Source: Octopus sinensis
Taxonomy: Eukaryota
Direction: 5' to 3'
NCBI RefSeq assembly: GCF_006345805.1
Contig: NC_042998.1
Coordinates: 182,838,001-182,902,000, forward strand
DNA length: 64,000 nucleotides
Of this stretch, positions 11,638 to 25,539 are shown piece after piece. The notes beneath the pieces are model-generated. The model was not told the origin of the DNA. It saw only the letters and a program-made list of their open reading frames with translations, and did no database searches. The translations under genes and the position numbers were made by a program. Numbering within the stretch: position 1 is the first letter of the stretch; each line of letters starts with the position of its first letter.

Positions 11638-14282
11638 AATTTCCTATTTCAATGTTCATTTATAATCATATTTATCAAAATGCCTACAGAATGCAAATTG
11701 ATTTTTAAAAAAAGAGGTAAACAATTTTAGTTCAAAGTTTATTTCAGATATTTGAGTAAATATATTAAATGTACAACAAACATGACCTGAGCCGTTGACC
11801 AATATATATATATGACAATAAACAATGCAGTTTCCTCATCTTGAACTGGACTTACAATATTAATCTTCTCCTATAGAACTTGTATATAAAATTTTTATAT
11901 TCGCCTATTCATTTTGTAATGTGTGAGACCAAAACTTTATAATTTATTTCATAAACAAAATGTCTATCAAAGAATATATTGTGATCCATTTGAAGGGAAA
12001 ACTAATTTTAATATATTCGAACATCTCACTCTATGAAATAAGGAAATCGATTAAAACTGTCAAAATAGTTGCATGTGGAACAAAACATAAACAGTGCATT
12101 ATGTAACTGCCACTACATCTATATATATATAATATTTAAAACACATCTTGTCAGATACTTGAATTATTAAATGTACAGTATTCGAGCCTAAGTATTTAGT
12201 GTTGCATTTGCATATGTCATAAGAAGAGAGGGTCTGTACAGCAAGACGAACCCAAACACCAGAGTAATTATTGTTCGTTTAATAGTAATGAAGATTGCGA
12301 TTTTTAGTCAATGCGAAACGGGAAATTATGACTTTCGTGTTTTTATTAAAAGATATGTATTGGATAAAGAGGTCTTAATTGTTGTTATAAGTAAACTAAT
12401 TTGGAAATGTTTTCCTTTCAAAACCGGTAAGCTCCCGGTGAATTAGATCTGCAACCCGGTTTTGATTCTTGGCCATTCCTTTTACAAAAGTAATCCTCTT
12501 AAAAAGAAAATGAAAGTACCAAATCCCATTTCACCTTTGTGTGTGGGGTCTTGTGCATATGTGAAAAAGTACACTTATAGGAAACCTTCTAACTTACAAT
12601 GGTAAAGATAACGAACCCTGTCTCTACCATTAGAAGCATTAATAGAAGGTGATCGTAATTTACGACATCGTAAAACGGCATGTCATCAATACCCATCACT
12701 TGCATAGACTCTTGTTTTTTTTTGTTTTTGGTGAGAGGTACGTTAGAAGGGTTTGTGATTTTTTTTTCAAGTTTTTATGTTAGCTGTTAGCTATGCAAAA
12801 TGCTGTTTTAGTAATAGGACTGTAGGTTCAGTTTTAAATATGGTACTGGTATTTATTTTATAGATCTGCAAGGGTCAAACGACAAAGTTAAATCTAGTGG
12901 AACTGGAACTTAGATCCATTATGATCAACACTGCAAAGTGTGGAACCGTCTTTCTTTTATCTAACGATTCTACCTGGTTTTGTATTAATTCGTATATTTT
13001 TGTAAAATGAAAGTATTCTGGCATGTTTGTGCCACTATAATGAAAGAACGAAGCTTGTAATAGATTATCATATATAAATATGAACACTTCAAGCTAATGA
13101 AAGCCTCCACATGGCCCTTCGACTGCTAGAAACAACAACCAGTTCTCCCACTCTAACATATACAATGTCTGAAAAAAGAACAGACGGACACGGATGGAAT
13201 GTCTTTTTGATATTAGGTCTACTTGGTTAGGACAGCATAGAGCTAAGTTAAAGAATGGACAATTTTCCCCTCTAGTTGATAAGTTTTAGTAGTTCTTATC
13301 ACCGCATCTGCAAATTTAATTAAAGAGCGACTAATTTCCTTTTCAATGTATAGAATTCAAGTAAATGAAGTGTCACGTTCCTTGGTTTTGCATTTATATG
13401 CAACTGTAAACATTGCACGAAGTTGTTAGAGAAAGCACTTCTAATTGCTTACACTTACAGTATAATAAATCTATGTGTTAAGTCATCATAGCTTCAGAAA
13501 CACCTTTAAAAGCCCAGACACTCTTTAATGCAATCTTAAATAAGTTTCAGCTTAAGGTAAATGTATATTAATCTGTACTAAACATATTGCTTCAGATTTA
13601 ATGGTAAGTTAATGGAAAGGCAGTGACATTTAGACCTTTTATTAATGTGTATATGAATGTTTTCTTCTGGGAATCAAAATCAGGTCATGGTTTGCTTATA
13701 ATTAATACAACCATAATGAAATCTGAAGCACAATGAGTGAGGTTAAGCTGTCGAACTGCTGACCACATGATCAGGAGTTCTAACCTTTACAAGAGCCATC
13801 GTGTTGTTCTTCTGGGTAGGGTACATAACTCTATTTGTTCTCGCGAATGAACTGCTAAGATTTTAATGTAAATAACATTAGATATTATATGAACCAACTA
13901 TCAGAAGGAAAACAGGAACAGATCCACTTACAGGACTCAAACCATGTAGCTATCGCTTAGTGGAAATGAGCTATATTATTAATTATACTACAGAATGACT
14001 GCCAATCCACTTCTCCAGGAAGTGGTTGACCAATTTACTTGGGAAAATAAAACTGCACATTTAAAATAACTGAGGAAAAAAATATCTAATTTGTAAAAGA
14101 GTTTAAGCAGGTGCCAGTATCAAACAGAATAAATAAAACTGTTATTCTAAAATTCTATCCTTAATTATCAATGTTGTCATCATTTTCTCTTTCAATATCC
14201 ATAATTAATACTTCCAGTTGCTCAGCATGTTTAGCTACATATTGCTGAGCAAGGCGACTATTCCAAATAAACTGGTTCATGA

Positions 14283-14692
14283 CTTTACTCTTTTACTTGT
14301 TTCAGTCATTTGACTGCGGCCATGCTGAAGCACCGCCTTTAATCGAGCAAATCGACCCCAGGACTTATTCTTTGTAAGCCTAGTACTTATTATATCGGTA
14401 TCTTTTGCCGAACCACTAAGTTACGGGGACATAAGCACACCAGCATTGGTTGTCAAGTGATGTTGGGGGAACAAATGCTGACACACAAACATATACACAC
14501 ACACATACATACATACATATATATATACACATATAGGCTTCTTTCAGTTTCCATCTCCCAAATCCACTCACAAGGCTTTGGTTGGCCCAAGGCTATAGTG
14601 GAAGACACTTGCCCAAGGTGTCACGCAGTTGTACTGAACCCAGAACCATGTGGTTGATAAGCAAGCTACTTACCAGACAGCCACTCCTGAAG
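14283..14692 (-). mobile_element. SINE family A, full length
   Basis: Reverse complement of the 6552-6925 structure; closely matches 22737-23132. Confidence 0.82.
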
Positions 14693-15137
14693 TTAATTCT
14701 CTGTTCAAGTCACTTCCATCGATACTGGCATGAACATCACCTACTCAATCTTTTCCGCTACAAAAACATAGCTTTTTGGGCAGGCCATTTAATACCTTCG
14801 TTATCAGTGAAGAATAAGTACCCGAATCAGTAGCATTTTGTATGAAAGATTGGTATCCTATTCCTGAAATGCTTCCCTCATTTACTTAACACTTTGAGAT
14901 ATTCAAAATATCTACATGCTTGACTGTTACATATTTGTTACCATAGTAACTAGTTTAAAATGGAAATACATGTGGCAATCAAGAGCACCCAGATGATGTA
15001 TAACTAAATACTTTACCCTTTTTGTTACCATATTCTTGTTGACAGACACTTTTTTTTATTTCAATTAATTTTGAAATTTATGAAGAATTTAGTGAAATAA
15101 CATTTTTATTATTAATCTGGTATTTGGAACATATATT

Positions 15138-15348
15138 GGTTTCAATCTTTGGCACAAGGCCAGCAAGTTCATGGAAGGGGTTATAATGATTACATTGACC
15201 TGTGTTCTACTGATACTTATTTTATTGATCCTGAAAGGATAAAAGGCAAAGTTAAGCTCGGCAGAATTTGAACTCAGAATGTAGAGATGTACAAAATGCC
15301 ATGAAGCATTTTGCCTGGCAGGCTAATGATTCAGCCAGCTCACTACCT
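15138..15348 (-). mobile_element. SINE family C inserted in a piggyBac-type MITE, 17-bp TSD
   Basis: TATTTGGAACATATATT at 15121-15137 and 15349-15365; the host begins with CCCTTTTGTTAC near 15017. Confidence 0.75.
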
Positions 15349-15490
15349 TATTTGGAACATATATTAACAGAAAAGTTTGATGGAAGGTTTTAATTTAGAT
15401 CACTTTAAAATAGGAAGTTTGTATTATGGGACCTGGACTAGTCTCAGGCAAGTTGATACCAAGAGTTAAAGTGCTTTTTTTTATTAATAC

Positions 15491-15970
15491 CATCATCATC
15501 ATAATCATCATCATACGTCCGCTTTCCATGCTAGCATGAGTTGGACGATTTGACTGAGTTCTGGCGAACCAGATGGCTGCACCAGGCTCCAATCTGATCT
15601 GGCAGAGTTTCTACAGCTGGAAGCCCTTCCTAACGCCAACCAATCTGAGAGTGTAGTGGGTACTTTTACGTGCCACTGGCACGAGGTCAGTCAGGCAGTA
15701 CTCGCAGCGGCCACACTCAAATGGTGCCTTTTATGTGCCACCTGCACAGGAGTCAGTCCAGTGGCATTGGCAATGACCTCGCTCGAATGTTTTTTTCACG
15801 TGCTACCAGCACAAGTGCCAGTATGGCAAAGCAGGTAACGATCACACTCGAATGATGCTTTTTACATGCCACCGGCACGGAGGCCAGCTTGTTGCTCTGA
15901 CCCCGATCTCACTCGTGTGGTACTCTTAGTGCTCCACTAGCACGGATGCCAGTCATCGAATTTGATTTTG
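15491..15970 (-). mobile_element. Family B: 5'-truncated RTE-like LINE 3' end (or derived SINE) with (GAT)n tail and internal tandem modules
   Basis: CCAACCCATGCTAGCATGGAAAGCGGACG..(GAT)n tail on the minus strand; repeated GGTGCTTTTTACGTGCCACCGGCAC-type modules. Other copies: 17699-18052(-), 20515-21090(-), 36147-36495(-), 48377-48660(-), 54705-55128(+), 56330-56435(-), 59376-59629(+), 60368-60689(-). Confidence 0.7.
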
Positions 15971-16430
15971 AATGTAGAAAAACTGAACTCATTTTTAGGA
16001 AACTAAGGCTAATCTCAACTATGTGTGACTGGTGTTGATTGATGTATTTAACAAATCAACCTAAGTGCCAAATTAAATGAAATCACAGAGGAGTATCTAT
16101 AGCAATGATATAGCCCTCAAATCATGCCATACCATCTTAAATAAAGAGAGAACATGTCAGATAATGTAAAACTACATACTCTTAAAAAAATAGGACAGAC
16201 ATTGTCTGGGATAGTTTTAATCATATAACACTTTGATGAAGATTAACCTAGAATTAAAACGTTTGCATGTAATTAAATTACACTCCTTTTAGGTAGAATC
16301 ATTGTGGTATTTGTTCTATATTTTTTATATTTGAACTCAAATCCCACCAAGGTCAAGTTTGCTTTCCATCTCTCTGGAGTTGATAAAATAAAGTACTACT
16401 ATTAGTCAAAAATTGCATCAGTTTTATTAG

Positions 16431-16651
16431 CCCTTTTGTTACCAACCTGGCTAAAACCACTTCTAGCTCTGTAGTGCAAATGTCTTGTTTTCATAAGTTC
16501 TGAGTTAAAATCTTCCACCAAACCTTAGTCACAATTTTTGTCTCTAACATTAGCTTAATGATAATTAAGTTATTTAATTAAATTCTTTGTTATATTTTAA
16601 ATAATTGAAAGAAATACAGAACATATTAAAATAAATACAGTAACAAAAGGG
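16431..16651. mobile_element. piggyBac-type MITE, 221 bp
   Basis: 12-bp TIR CCCTTTTGTTAC/GTAACAAAAGGG; flanks TTAG (left, mutated) and TTAA (right). Confidence 0.75.
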
Positions 16652-19600
16652 TTAAACGTCTTTCCTCAAAATGTGAGATTTTGTGCTTGAGGAAGGAATT
16701 AAAATTCCCATATTCCTTCCAGTTCTCATAGACTAGGTGATCGTTCTTTTAATGCTTTATTCACTCTAGTTTTTTTAGAGCCTGTCTGGCTAAGACCATG
16801 CTGGAGTACCATCTATTTAGAACGTCATGTTTTACTATAGTTAATGATATTTGGTCTGAAGTCTTTAAGAAATATAGCTGAAGTGGAAAAGTTGGACAAG
16901 TGCCTGAAACTCTCCTATTACAAGGATTTAGCAAGGATACAAATAACTTCAGTTGCAACTATCAAACTCAACAATTCCTAGGGAATATGTCTTTGTGTAG
17001 TGGTTCAAACTGCTAGAAATAATAGGCAAATCTCCCTCCAATCATATCCTATCTGCTTTTAAAAATGCAACAAAATATAGTCCTGAAAGAAAACTGGATG
17101 ATCACAATTTGAACACTTTGATCATAGGTTTGCTCAATTAGAGCTGGTCTGAGGCTAAACAACAACTCACTGAAATCTGTCATGAGCCATAGATCTCATT
17201 AGGCCAAAGCTTAACCTGGTTTCCATGGTGTATTACAACACTCCCTACCCAACTGATTGGGACATTGGTCAGGTGCAGGGTTAACTTCCCAGCTATTGCT
17301 GGTACTCACTGCTAAGTGGACTGGAGCAACTTGTGTTTTGCTGAAGAACACAATATACTGCTTGGTCTGGGAACTGAAACCATGATTATAGGATCAGGAG
17401 TGCAATACTCTAACTACTAGTGTCTTTACAACACCAACAACTAATAATAATAATAATAATCCTTTCTACTATAGGCACAAGGAGGAGACTAGTCAATTAC
17501 ATCAACCCCAGTGCTTGATTGGTATTTATTTTATCGATCCCAAAAGGATGAAAGGCAAAGTTGACCACAGTGGAATTTGAACTCTGAATATAAAGATGGA
17601 TGAAATGTCGGAAAGCATTTTACCAAACATGCTTAAAATTATTATATAAGCTTGCCCCCTTATATAATAATAGAAATAATAATAATAATAATAATAATAA
17701 TCATCGTTTAACGTCTGTTTTCCATGCTAGCTTGGGTTGGACAGTTCAACTGGGGTCTGGGGAGCTAGTAGGCTGTGCCAGGCCCAGTCTGATCTGGCAG
17801 TGTTTCTACAGTTGGATGCTCTTCCTAACACCAACCACTCCGTGAATGTAGTGGGTGCTTTTTATGTGCCACCTGCACAGGTGCCAGACGGAGCTGGCAA
17901 ACGGCCACGGACGGATGGTGCTTTTTACGTGCCACCGGCACGGAGGCCAGTCGGGGCGGCGCTGGCAACGGCCACGTTCAGATGGTTCTCTTATGTGCCA
18001 CCGGCACTGGTATCACAGCTACAATTGATGTTGATCGATTTCGATTTTGATTTTAATAATAATAATAATAATAATAATAATAGCTTCAAATTTTGGCACA
18101 AGGCCCGCAATTTGGGGAAATGGGCTAAGTTGGTTACCTCGACCGTAGTGCTCAACTAGTACTTATTTTATCAACCCCAAAAAGATAAAAGGCAATGTCA
18201 ACCTTGGTGGGGGCTTTTACCTTTATTTTGGTGTGTTGTAGCTTGCTGTACACATCCTACCATTTTATAAACATTCTCTAACCTTTTCTGGATTATTTCC
18301 TTGTTAAGTTGCAATGTTTATTATTTTGATATTAAAACTCTTCAAATAACTTTAATTTAAAAATTTAAGGAAGAGAATTACAGTAGACAGAACTTAGCAT
18401 AGATCTTTGAATAAGTTATTTTTCAACTAAATATCCATTGTGATGGCACATAGCCTAACTATTAGAGTGTTGTGCTCACAAATATAAAATCAAAGGGTTA
18501 ATTCATCCACCAAGAAGGACTGGATGGTTATGATTGAAATACCTTTCATCAGGGCACCAATTTGTAGTAGAGGAGTCGAGAAGAATGGAATTCCTGGTAT
18601 ATTCTTTATGTTTTGTGTTACATGGACAGTTACAGTAGTATAACAATTTTTTTATGAAAAGAGGTTGCTGACATCTTATTCAAACATCCCATACTTCTAG
18701 AGAAAGAGACACTGTGCATGGTTTCCAAGGAACCTTTCTCACAGCACAATGTAATTAACAGAGAGAGAGAGAGAAATGAGGGAGGTGGGGAGACTATTTA
18801 TTGAACCTGGAAGGTAAAGTTTGCCTTTGTAGGACTGCAGGAAGCTAGAATAACACAAGATTCTCTAACAGATGCTCTAACAGCTCTGCCAAGTCACCAC
18901 TGTTTGATATATTACTGGTATTTAGAAGGTTAAAAAAAGAAAGTAAATACCATATGGTATTATTCTGGTACTCCCTGCCATTTCTCCCACATACTTGTAA
19001 GGGAAGGGTAGAGTGAATCGATTTATTAGATTTTTGTTAGAGTAAGGTTTAGAAGACTTGGTTGCTATTTCTAGCAAATTAACCAATGATATAGATACTC
19101 ACTTGTTGGCTTTTGGTATGTATTTTACTAAACATGGAGGTATGAAAGATAAGTTAACTGTAGAATTAGTTCAATATTCTGCCATTTCTTCTATCTAGCC
19201 TAATAATTCTTTCTAACACAGGTGCAAGGCCAGAAATTTGTTGGGTGGGGTGGGGTGAGAAGTGTTTAGCTGATTACATCAACCCCAAAACATACTTGAC
19301 TAATATTTTATTTTACTGATTCCGGAAGAATAAAAGGCTTGGCAACATTTAAACTCAGAATGTAAAATGCCAGACCAAATACTGCTAAGCATTCTTTCCA
19401 TTGCTCTAATGATTCTGTCAATCCACCACCCTTCACCTAACCTTATATTATGGTTGGTTAGTTTATTTAAAACCATGATAAATATGGTTGGTCAATAGCT
19501 AAACATTAATAATGCATAGTCATAAAATTCTTAGATAAAAGGTTATAATAATTTACTAACAAGATGATACTGAAGCTGATTAAATTTACCCTGCTCTCTT

Positions 19601-21140
19601 ACTTCAGCTTTTCAAAACCAATGTGTGAGTTTTTATGTGGTCAATCCACCCAATAGATTAGCAATTGAATCTTCTTCCTAGTCTCTCATTTTAAAATAGA
19701 TAGATAAAAAGGTCAGATTGGATAATGTAACCATAGATATACAAAAAAAATGGGATGATTGGGCTGACTTGCAGCTAAACACTAACAACTAAACTCCATT
19801 CTAGTCACTGTATTACTGTATCAATCAGACTATCAGATGTTTTTATACACCCTTGGTCATGATATGCTTCCAGTTTTTCTTGATTGCACCATTTTTGTCA
19901 ATCTTGGCTGTAAATGTATAACTAAATCATCTTCCTATCATCATATTGGCCTTCTGAGTGGTCCTTTCTGATCTCTTGGGTACCACTCGACAACTGCACA
20001 GATTCACATGTTGACCATGAATCTTGTGACATGTCTGGTTTGGCAGAACTTGTGCTTTTGTTATTCTGAAATCGCATCATCCACTCTATGCCATTCTCAA
20101 ATTATCTCATTTTTGGATATTCTTTTGGATATACAGCTGTATTTTTTTTTTTATATAAAAGATTTTTCGATATACAGCTTAGAGCTTTATAGAATGAGTA
20201 AAAGAATACAATTTGCCTCTGTGCATCACTTTTGTTATTTTAGCAAGAAGCTTTAAATTAGACAGTGCAAAAAGTATCTTCAACATTTTACCACCTTTCT
20301 TAGAAATTAATGTAAAATCACCAATTCCATTCAGCCATTCTTTGATCTACTACTGGATGACAACTCAGCATATCATTATTAGTTTGTTGTAGGACTATCA
20401 GTCCATGTTGGTCAATTGCAGGTTCCATGAGTGAGTGATTACCTTAGATATAATATTTAGCCAGGTTAAAGTATAGCTGTCTCTTGCAAGTAAGTATGAC
20501 TTGGTAACATGTGCCATCATCATCATCATCATCAAAGTCCGCTTTCCATGCTAGCATGGGTTGGATGGTTCAACTGGGGTCTGGGAAGCGAGGAGGCTGC
20601 ACCAGGCTCCAATCTGATTTGGCAGTGTTTCTACAGCTGGATGCCCTTCCTAATGCCAACCACTCCGTGAGTGTAGTGGGTGCTTTTTACGTGCCACTGG
20701 CACAGGTGCCAGGGGAGGCTGGCAACGGCCACGATCGGTTGGTGCTTTTTTACGTGCCACCAGCACAGAGGCCAGTCGAGGCGGTACTGGCAACGCCCAT
20801 GTTTAGATGGATCTTTTTACGTGCCACTGGCACAGGTACCAGGGGAGGCTGGCAACGATCACGATCGGTTGGTGCTTTTTAGGTGCCACCGGCACAGGTA
20901 TCACAACTACAATTTCCATTTGATTTTTATTTTCATGTTGATGTACTTAACTCAGTAGGTCTCCTCAAGCACAGCAGGTCGCCCTACGATCCAAGGTAAG
21001 CACAGCAGGCTGTCCTGTGATCCAGGGTACTTTGGATGGGCTGGGGCTTCTATGTGAAGCTGTTGCAGGAAACAGCCATGAACTCACGTTATTTGCTAGT
21101 GCAGGAAAATAATGAAGAATTTAGCAAAATAATTAATGTA

Positions 21141-21525
21141 GGCACAGGCATGGCTGTGTGGTATGAAGCTTGCTTCCAAACCACATGGTTTCAGATTTAG
21201 TGCCATTGCATGGCACCTTGAGCAAGTGTCTTCTACTATTGCCTTGGGCTGACCAAAGCCTTGAGAGTGAATTTGGAAGATGGAAACTGAAAGAAGCCCA
21301 TCATATATATATATATATGTGTGTGTGTCTTTGTCTCCCGATCACTGCTTGACAACCTCTGTTGGTTGTTTGTGTCCCTGTAACATGATAGTTCAGCAAA
21401 ATAGCCTAATAGAGTAAGTGTCAAGCTTAAAACATAAGTACCAAGGTCAATTAATTCGACTAAAATATTCAAAGTGATACCCCAGCATGGCCGCAGTCTA
21501 ATGACTGAAATCAGTAAAAAAAAAA
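21141..21525 (+). mobile_element. SINE family A, full length
   Basis: Head, core, internal (TA)/(TG) tract and tail all present. Further copies: 45810-45960(+), 50437-50815(-), 51288-51655(+), 52345-52555(+, tail only). Confidence 0.8.
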
Positions 21526-22220
21526 AAATAAAAGAATAACAGAATGTTAAGCTGAAGTTTGAAACATAAATTAGCACAAAATTTAGATGGAAGGTTTTTA
21601 ACTGTAGATGACTCTATAATAGGAAATTTGTATCATAAATCCAGTATCAGCCACCAACAAATTGATATGGAAAGGGTTAAAATCCTTCAAAGTAATTGAT
21701 TAGAAGACCGAGGCTGGTGTTTGAGCAAAGGGTCTAAGAGGCAGTATCAAGTAGAATGACAGGATAAGTAGTGTCAGATACATCACTTGGGTTTATGTAG
21801 GACTTGCTTAAAATCCGCCCTCTGTGCGGACTTATAGGCTAGCTCATGCAATTCGAAACTAAAGAGAGCAATAATAGTTAAGCATTTATTGGTACCCTAC
21901 CAATGTGGTATTGCCTTACCTATATAGTATTACTTTAAACTCAGTTTAGATTTTTTAAAAACTTGTAAGTTCACATTTTTGGAGTTCTTTTAAAATTTGA
22001 ATTTTCAACAGTTTGCATATAACAAATCCTCATCCCAACCTGATCCTAATGCTAGATGTTCAAGAACCAAGAACCAAATTAAGGGCAGATTTTCAATCCC
22101 AGGATCATCTTGATTCCAAAAAGGTATATGTCTATGTAGAGCAAATGTAAACCGAGATACAGGGGTCTTGGACAGACAGACAGACAGACAGACAAACAGA
22201 ATTTCATGTTTATTATTATA

Positions 22221-22458
22221 TATTTCTTTACTGCCCAGAAGGGGCTAAACATAGAGGGGACAAACAAGGACAGACGAAGGAATTGAGTCGATTATATCGA
22301 CCCCAGTGCGAAACTGGTACTTTATTTATCAACTCCGAAAGGATGAAAGGCAGAGTTGACCTCGGCGGAATTTGAACTCAGAACATAACGACAGACGAAA
22401 TACCGCTAAGCATTTCGCCCGGCGCGCTAACGTGTCTGCCAGCTCGCCGCCTTGGATC
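22221..22458 (-). mobile_element. Young SINE family C with 16-bp TSD
   Basis: CATGTTTATTATTATA at 22205-22220 and 22459-22474; CpGs intact. Confidence 0.88.
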
Positions 22459-22736
22459 CATGTTTATTATTATAGAAGGTAGAACAGAGTTGAGTAATTC
22501 ATAGGTTGAAAGACAATATTACTCACTAAGAGCACAGGTTTGTACCCACTTCTAAAGTGCTGGTGAGTGAAATCTGGCTTATCAGGTGGATAACAATTTT
22601 AAATGCTGTCCTGAATGCGTGTGTGTTAGGATAAACTTGTGTTAAGAATTGTTGAATAGCTCCAGTTACCTATTTTGTTTGATCAAATACTTAGGAACAA
22701 CTGAAAAGCTCACCACCATAAATATGCTGATATACT

Positions 22737-23132
22737 CTCTTTACTCTTTTACTTGTTTCAGTCATTTGACTGTGGCCATGCTGGAGCACCACCTTTAGTC
22801 GAGCAAATCGACCCCAAGACTTATTCTTTGTAAGCCCAGTACTTATTCTCTCGGTCTCCTTTGCCGAACTGCTAAGTTACGGTGACGTAAACACACCAGC
22901 ATCGGTTGTCAAGCGACGTTGGGGGGGGAGGACAAACACAGACACACAAACATATACACACACATACATACAACAGGCTTCTTTCAGTTATCGTCTACTA
23001 AATCCGCCCACAAGGCTTTGGTTGATCCGAGGCTATAGTAGAAGACACTTGCCCAAGGTGCCATGCAGTGGGACTGAACCCGGAACCATGTGGTTAGTAA
23101 ACAAACTACTTACCAGACAGCCACTCTTGCGC
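22737..23132 (-). mobile_element. SINE family A, full length
   Basis: Closely matches 14283-14692. Confidence 0.82.
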
Positions 23133-24618
23133 CTATATAAGTTGTAATGTTTTTAATTTTTTGACTGGCTTTGACAGAGATGGAAAGAGACAGCTTTAGA
23201 GCTTTTTAGGTCCCCCCATGGTTTGAAGAAAGAAGGAGGAGGAAATTATCCCCAAACTAAAGATCTGGCCTGCATGTTTTACATGTAGTAGCTTCAGCTA
23301 AAGGCACTTGGGTTGAACTTTGCTGTTATATCTGAGACTATGCACATTTTGTTTATGTTATCCTTATTACAGGGCTTCTGAGACTGGTGAGGGGAAAATG
23401 ACACAAATCTTGAATCTTAGATTTGTCTTCGGAGTAAACACTTCCATTACAAGGATTAACTTCGAAAGAGTGCCTATTCTGCTATGAGAACCAAGTGTGG
23501 TCTTAAATCAAGTGAAAGATTAAATTCCCTGACCCAACAATATGTGCCATCTATCCAGTAGGCTTCTGTACTGTTTCTGTATGTATTGAATTTCATTCAC
23601 AGAGCTCAAAGCTTAGGTTCACCCAAGATTATGGTAGAAGACATCCGAGGTACAGTACAGTAAGATAAACCTAAAGCCATGCAATTTCAAAATAAAGTTC
23701 TTAATGTATGGACATGTCTGTGCCCTATTTTACTGGGAGTTGAGATTCATTTGATTGATAGATTCCTTTATTTGGTAATAGTTAGGCATCATAGTTAAGA
23801 TTACTCCTTAAAGTAATAATGGGAGAATTGTTTCCTATTGGTAAATAGATCACAGGGAAGTGATTGGAGGAAATCAACTGCCATAAACCAGTTTAATGCG
23901 CAATTTGAGTAAAGCTGAGTGTAAATGATTTTAAAAATAACTACTGTTTTGAACTCATCTTCATCTATTTTTATTGAATATTCCTCTGTCCGCACCCACT
24001 TCTGCTCACCTTTTACCTTGAGGTGCCACCTGGACACCTCAGTACCACCATTTATCTCTTATCAACTACTGTTGATATATTCTCTCTCTTTCCTCTAAAT
24101 ATGAGTAGTCATATAGCTCCTCTTCAAGAAACAGCTCTGCTCTATCTCCTTCTCTCATACCTTAGCTTTCATCCACCATCATAAAGTCCTACCGACCCCT
24201 GAGATTCCAGTCTTGTGAACTGCATGGTGACCTCACTAATGCTAGTGACATGAAAGAAAAACACCCAATACATATTGTAAAGTGGTTGGTGTTAGGAAGG
24301 GCATTCAGTTCTAAAAATCATGACAAAGCAGACACTGGATCTTGATGCAGTCCTTGGATCCATTAGATCCTATCAAACCATCCAGCCTATGCCAGCATGG
24401 AACATGGACATCAAATGATGATTGTAATTCATTTTCATCAATTTTTATTCAATAAATTCTTTAATCCTATTTGCAATCCTTGCTGTAACATACCACCCAT
24501 TAAACCCTATTGTTACCACCTCAACTATTATTTGTCAACTCATCTACTTTGGCTTCTGGTTCCAACTACTTCTAACCCAGCTATGATTTTCCATCCCAGT
24601 TACTATCTGCTATTTATC

Positions 24619-24953
24619 AACTTTCGGAAACATTTTTTTCACACTAAGAGTTGCTGAAGCATGGAACAAACTGCTGGCATCAGTTGTTCGTTGTCAGAGC
24701 ACTGCATTCTTCAAAACCTCCATGCTTCCTGAGATTCACCAACACTACACCTGATTTTTTTCCCTCCATACACACGCACGCATGCATCTAACTCATACAC
24801 TGTTCACCTTCCAGACATTTGTACATTACTGCATATGCTTTATATGCACTTTTGACAAGTTGTAGTGCACCTGAGCACTGTATACAATAATTTCCCTATC
24901 ATCATCATCATCATCATCATCATCATTATTATTATTATTTTTATTATTATTAT
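24619..24953 (+). mobile_element. CR1-type LINE 3' fragment with (ATC)/(ATT) tail
   Basis: Encodes FRKHFF.LRVAEAWNKL..SVV.C.ST..FKTSMLPEI.QHYT*, typical of CR1 RT C-termini; the same family occurs inverted at 27190-27603. Confidence 0.8.
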
Positions 24954-25539
24954 AAAGATGACATGGTCATGGTTTGAATACTTTTTGAATATAAGTTTGC
25001 TCAATTAGGGCTAACCAGAGACTAAACAACAACAATATACTACTACTACTAAAACTACTAATATTGTTACAGCCACCATAATAGCCAAATCCATTACAAC
25101 TATTACTCTTTTATACTATTATTATGACCATCACTACTGCCACAGCTACCATCTTCATCATTTTTATTACTGCTAATTTTATTGCCACAACCAACACTAC
25201 TACTACTACCACCACCACTACTATTTTTGCTATTACTTCAGCTACTCCAACCCCAACACCTAATACCACTGTTTCTACAATAAAGGTTAATACTTTCTGC
25301 TCAATCCTAGTAGAATAAACAGAGATATCTATATATTAATGAAAATCTCACATCCAGAGAGATATAGCAAGTAATTTTAATATAGTTGAATGGCTTTTCA
25401 TCCTTAAAGCAAATACTGTTTTCATTAAAAATAACCTCTTTTAATGTATCTTCTTTATTGTAACCTGTTGTAATGTCCATCTGACACAACGCATCACTTT
25501 ATATGAATGATATATTTACTAACATATCCGAAGACCCGG

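Noticed and set aside
11632-11730. C-terminal part of ORF 11212-11730 (VSNFLFQC...)
   Set aside because: Read-through into the intron after the GTAAGT donor; Slo1 similarity stops there.
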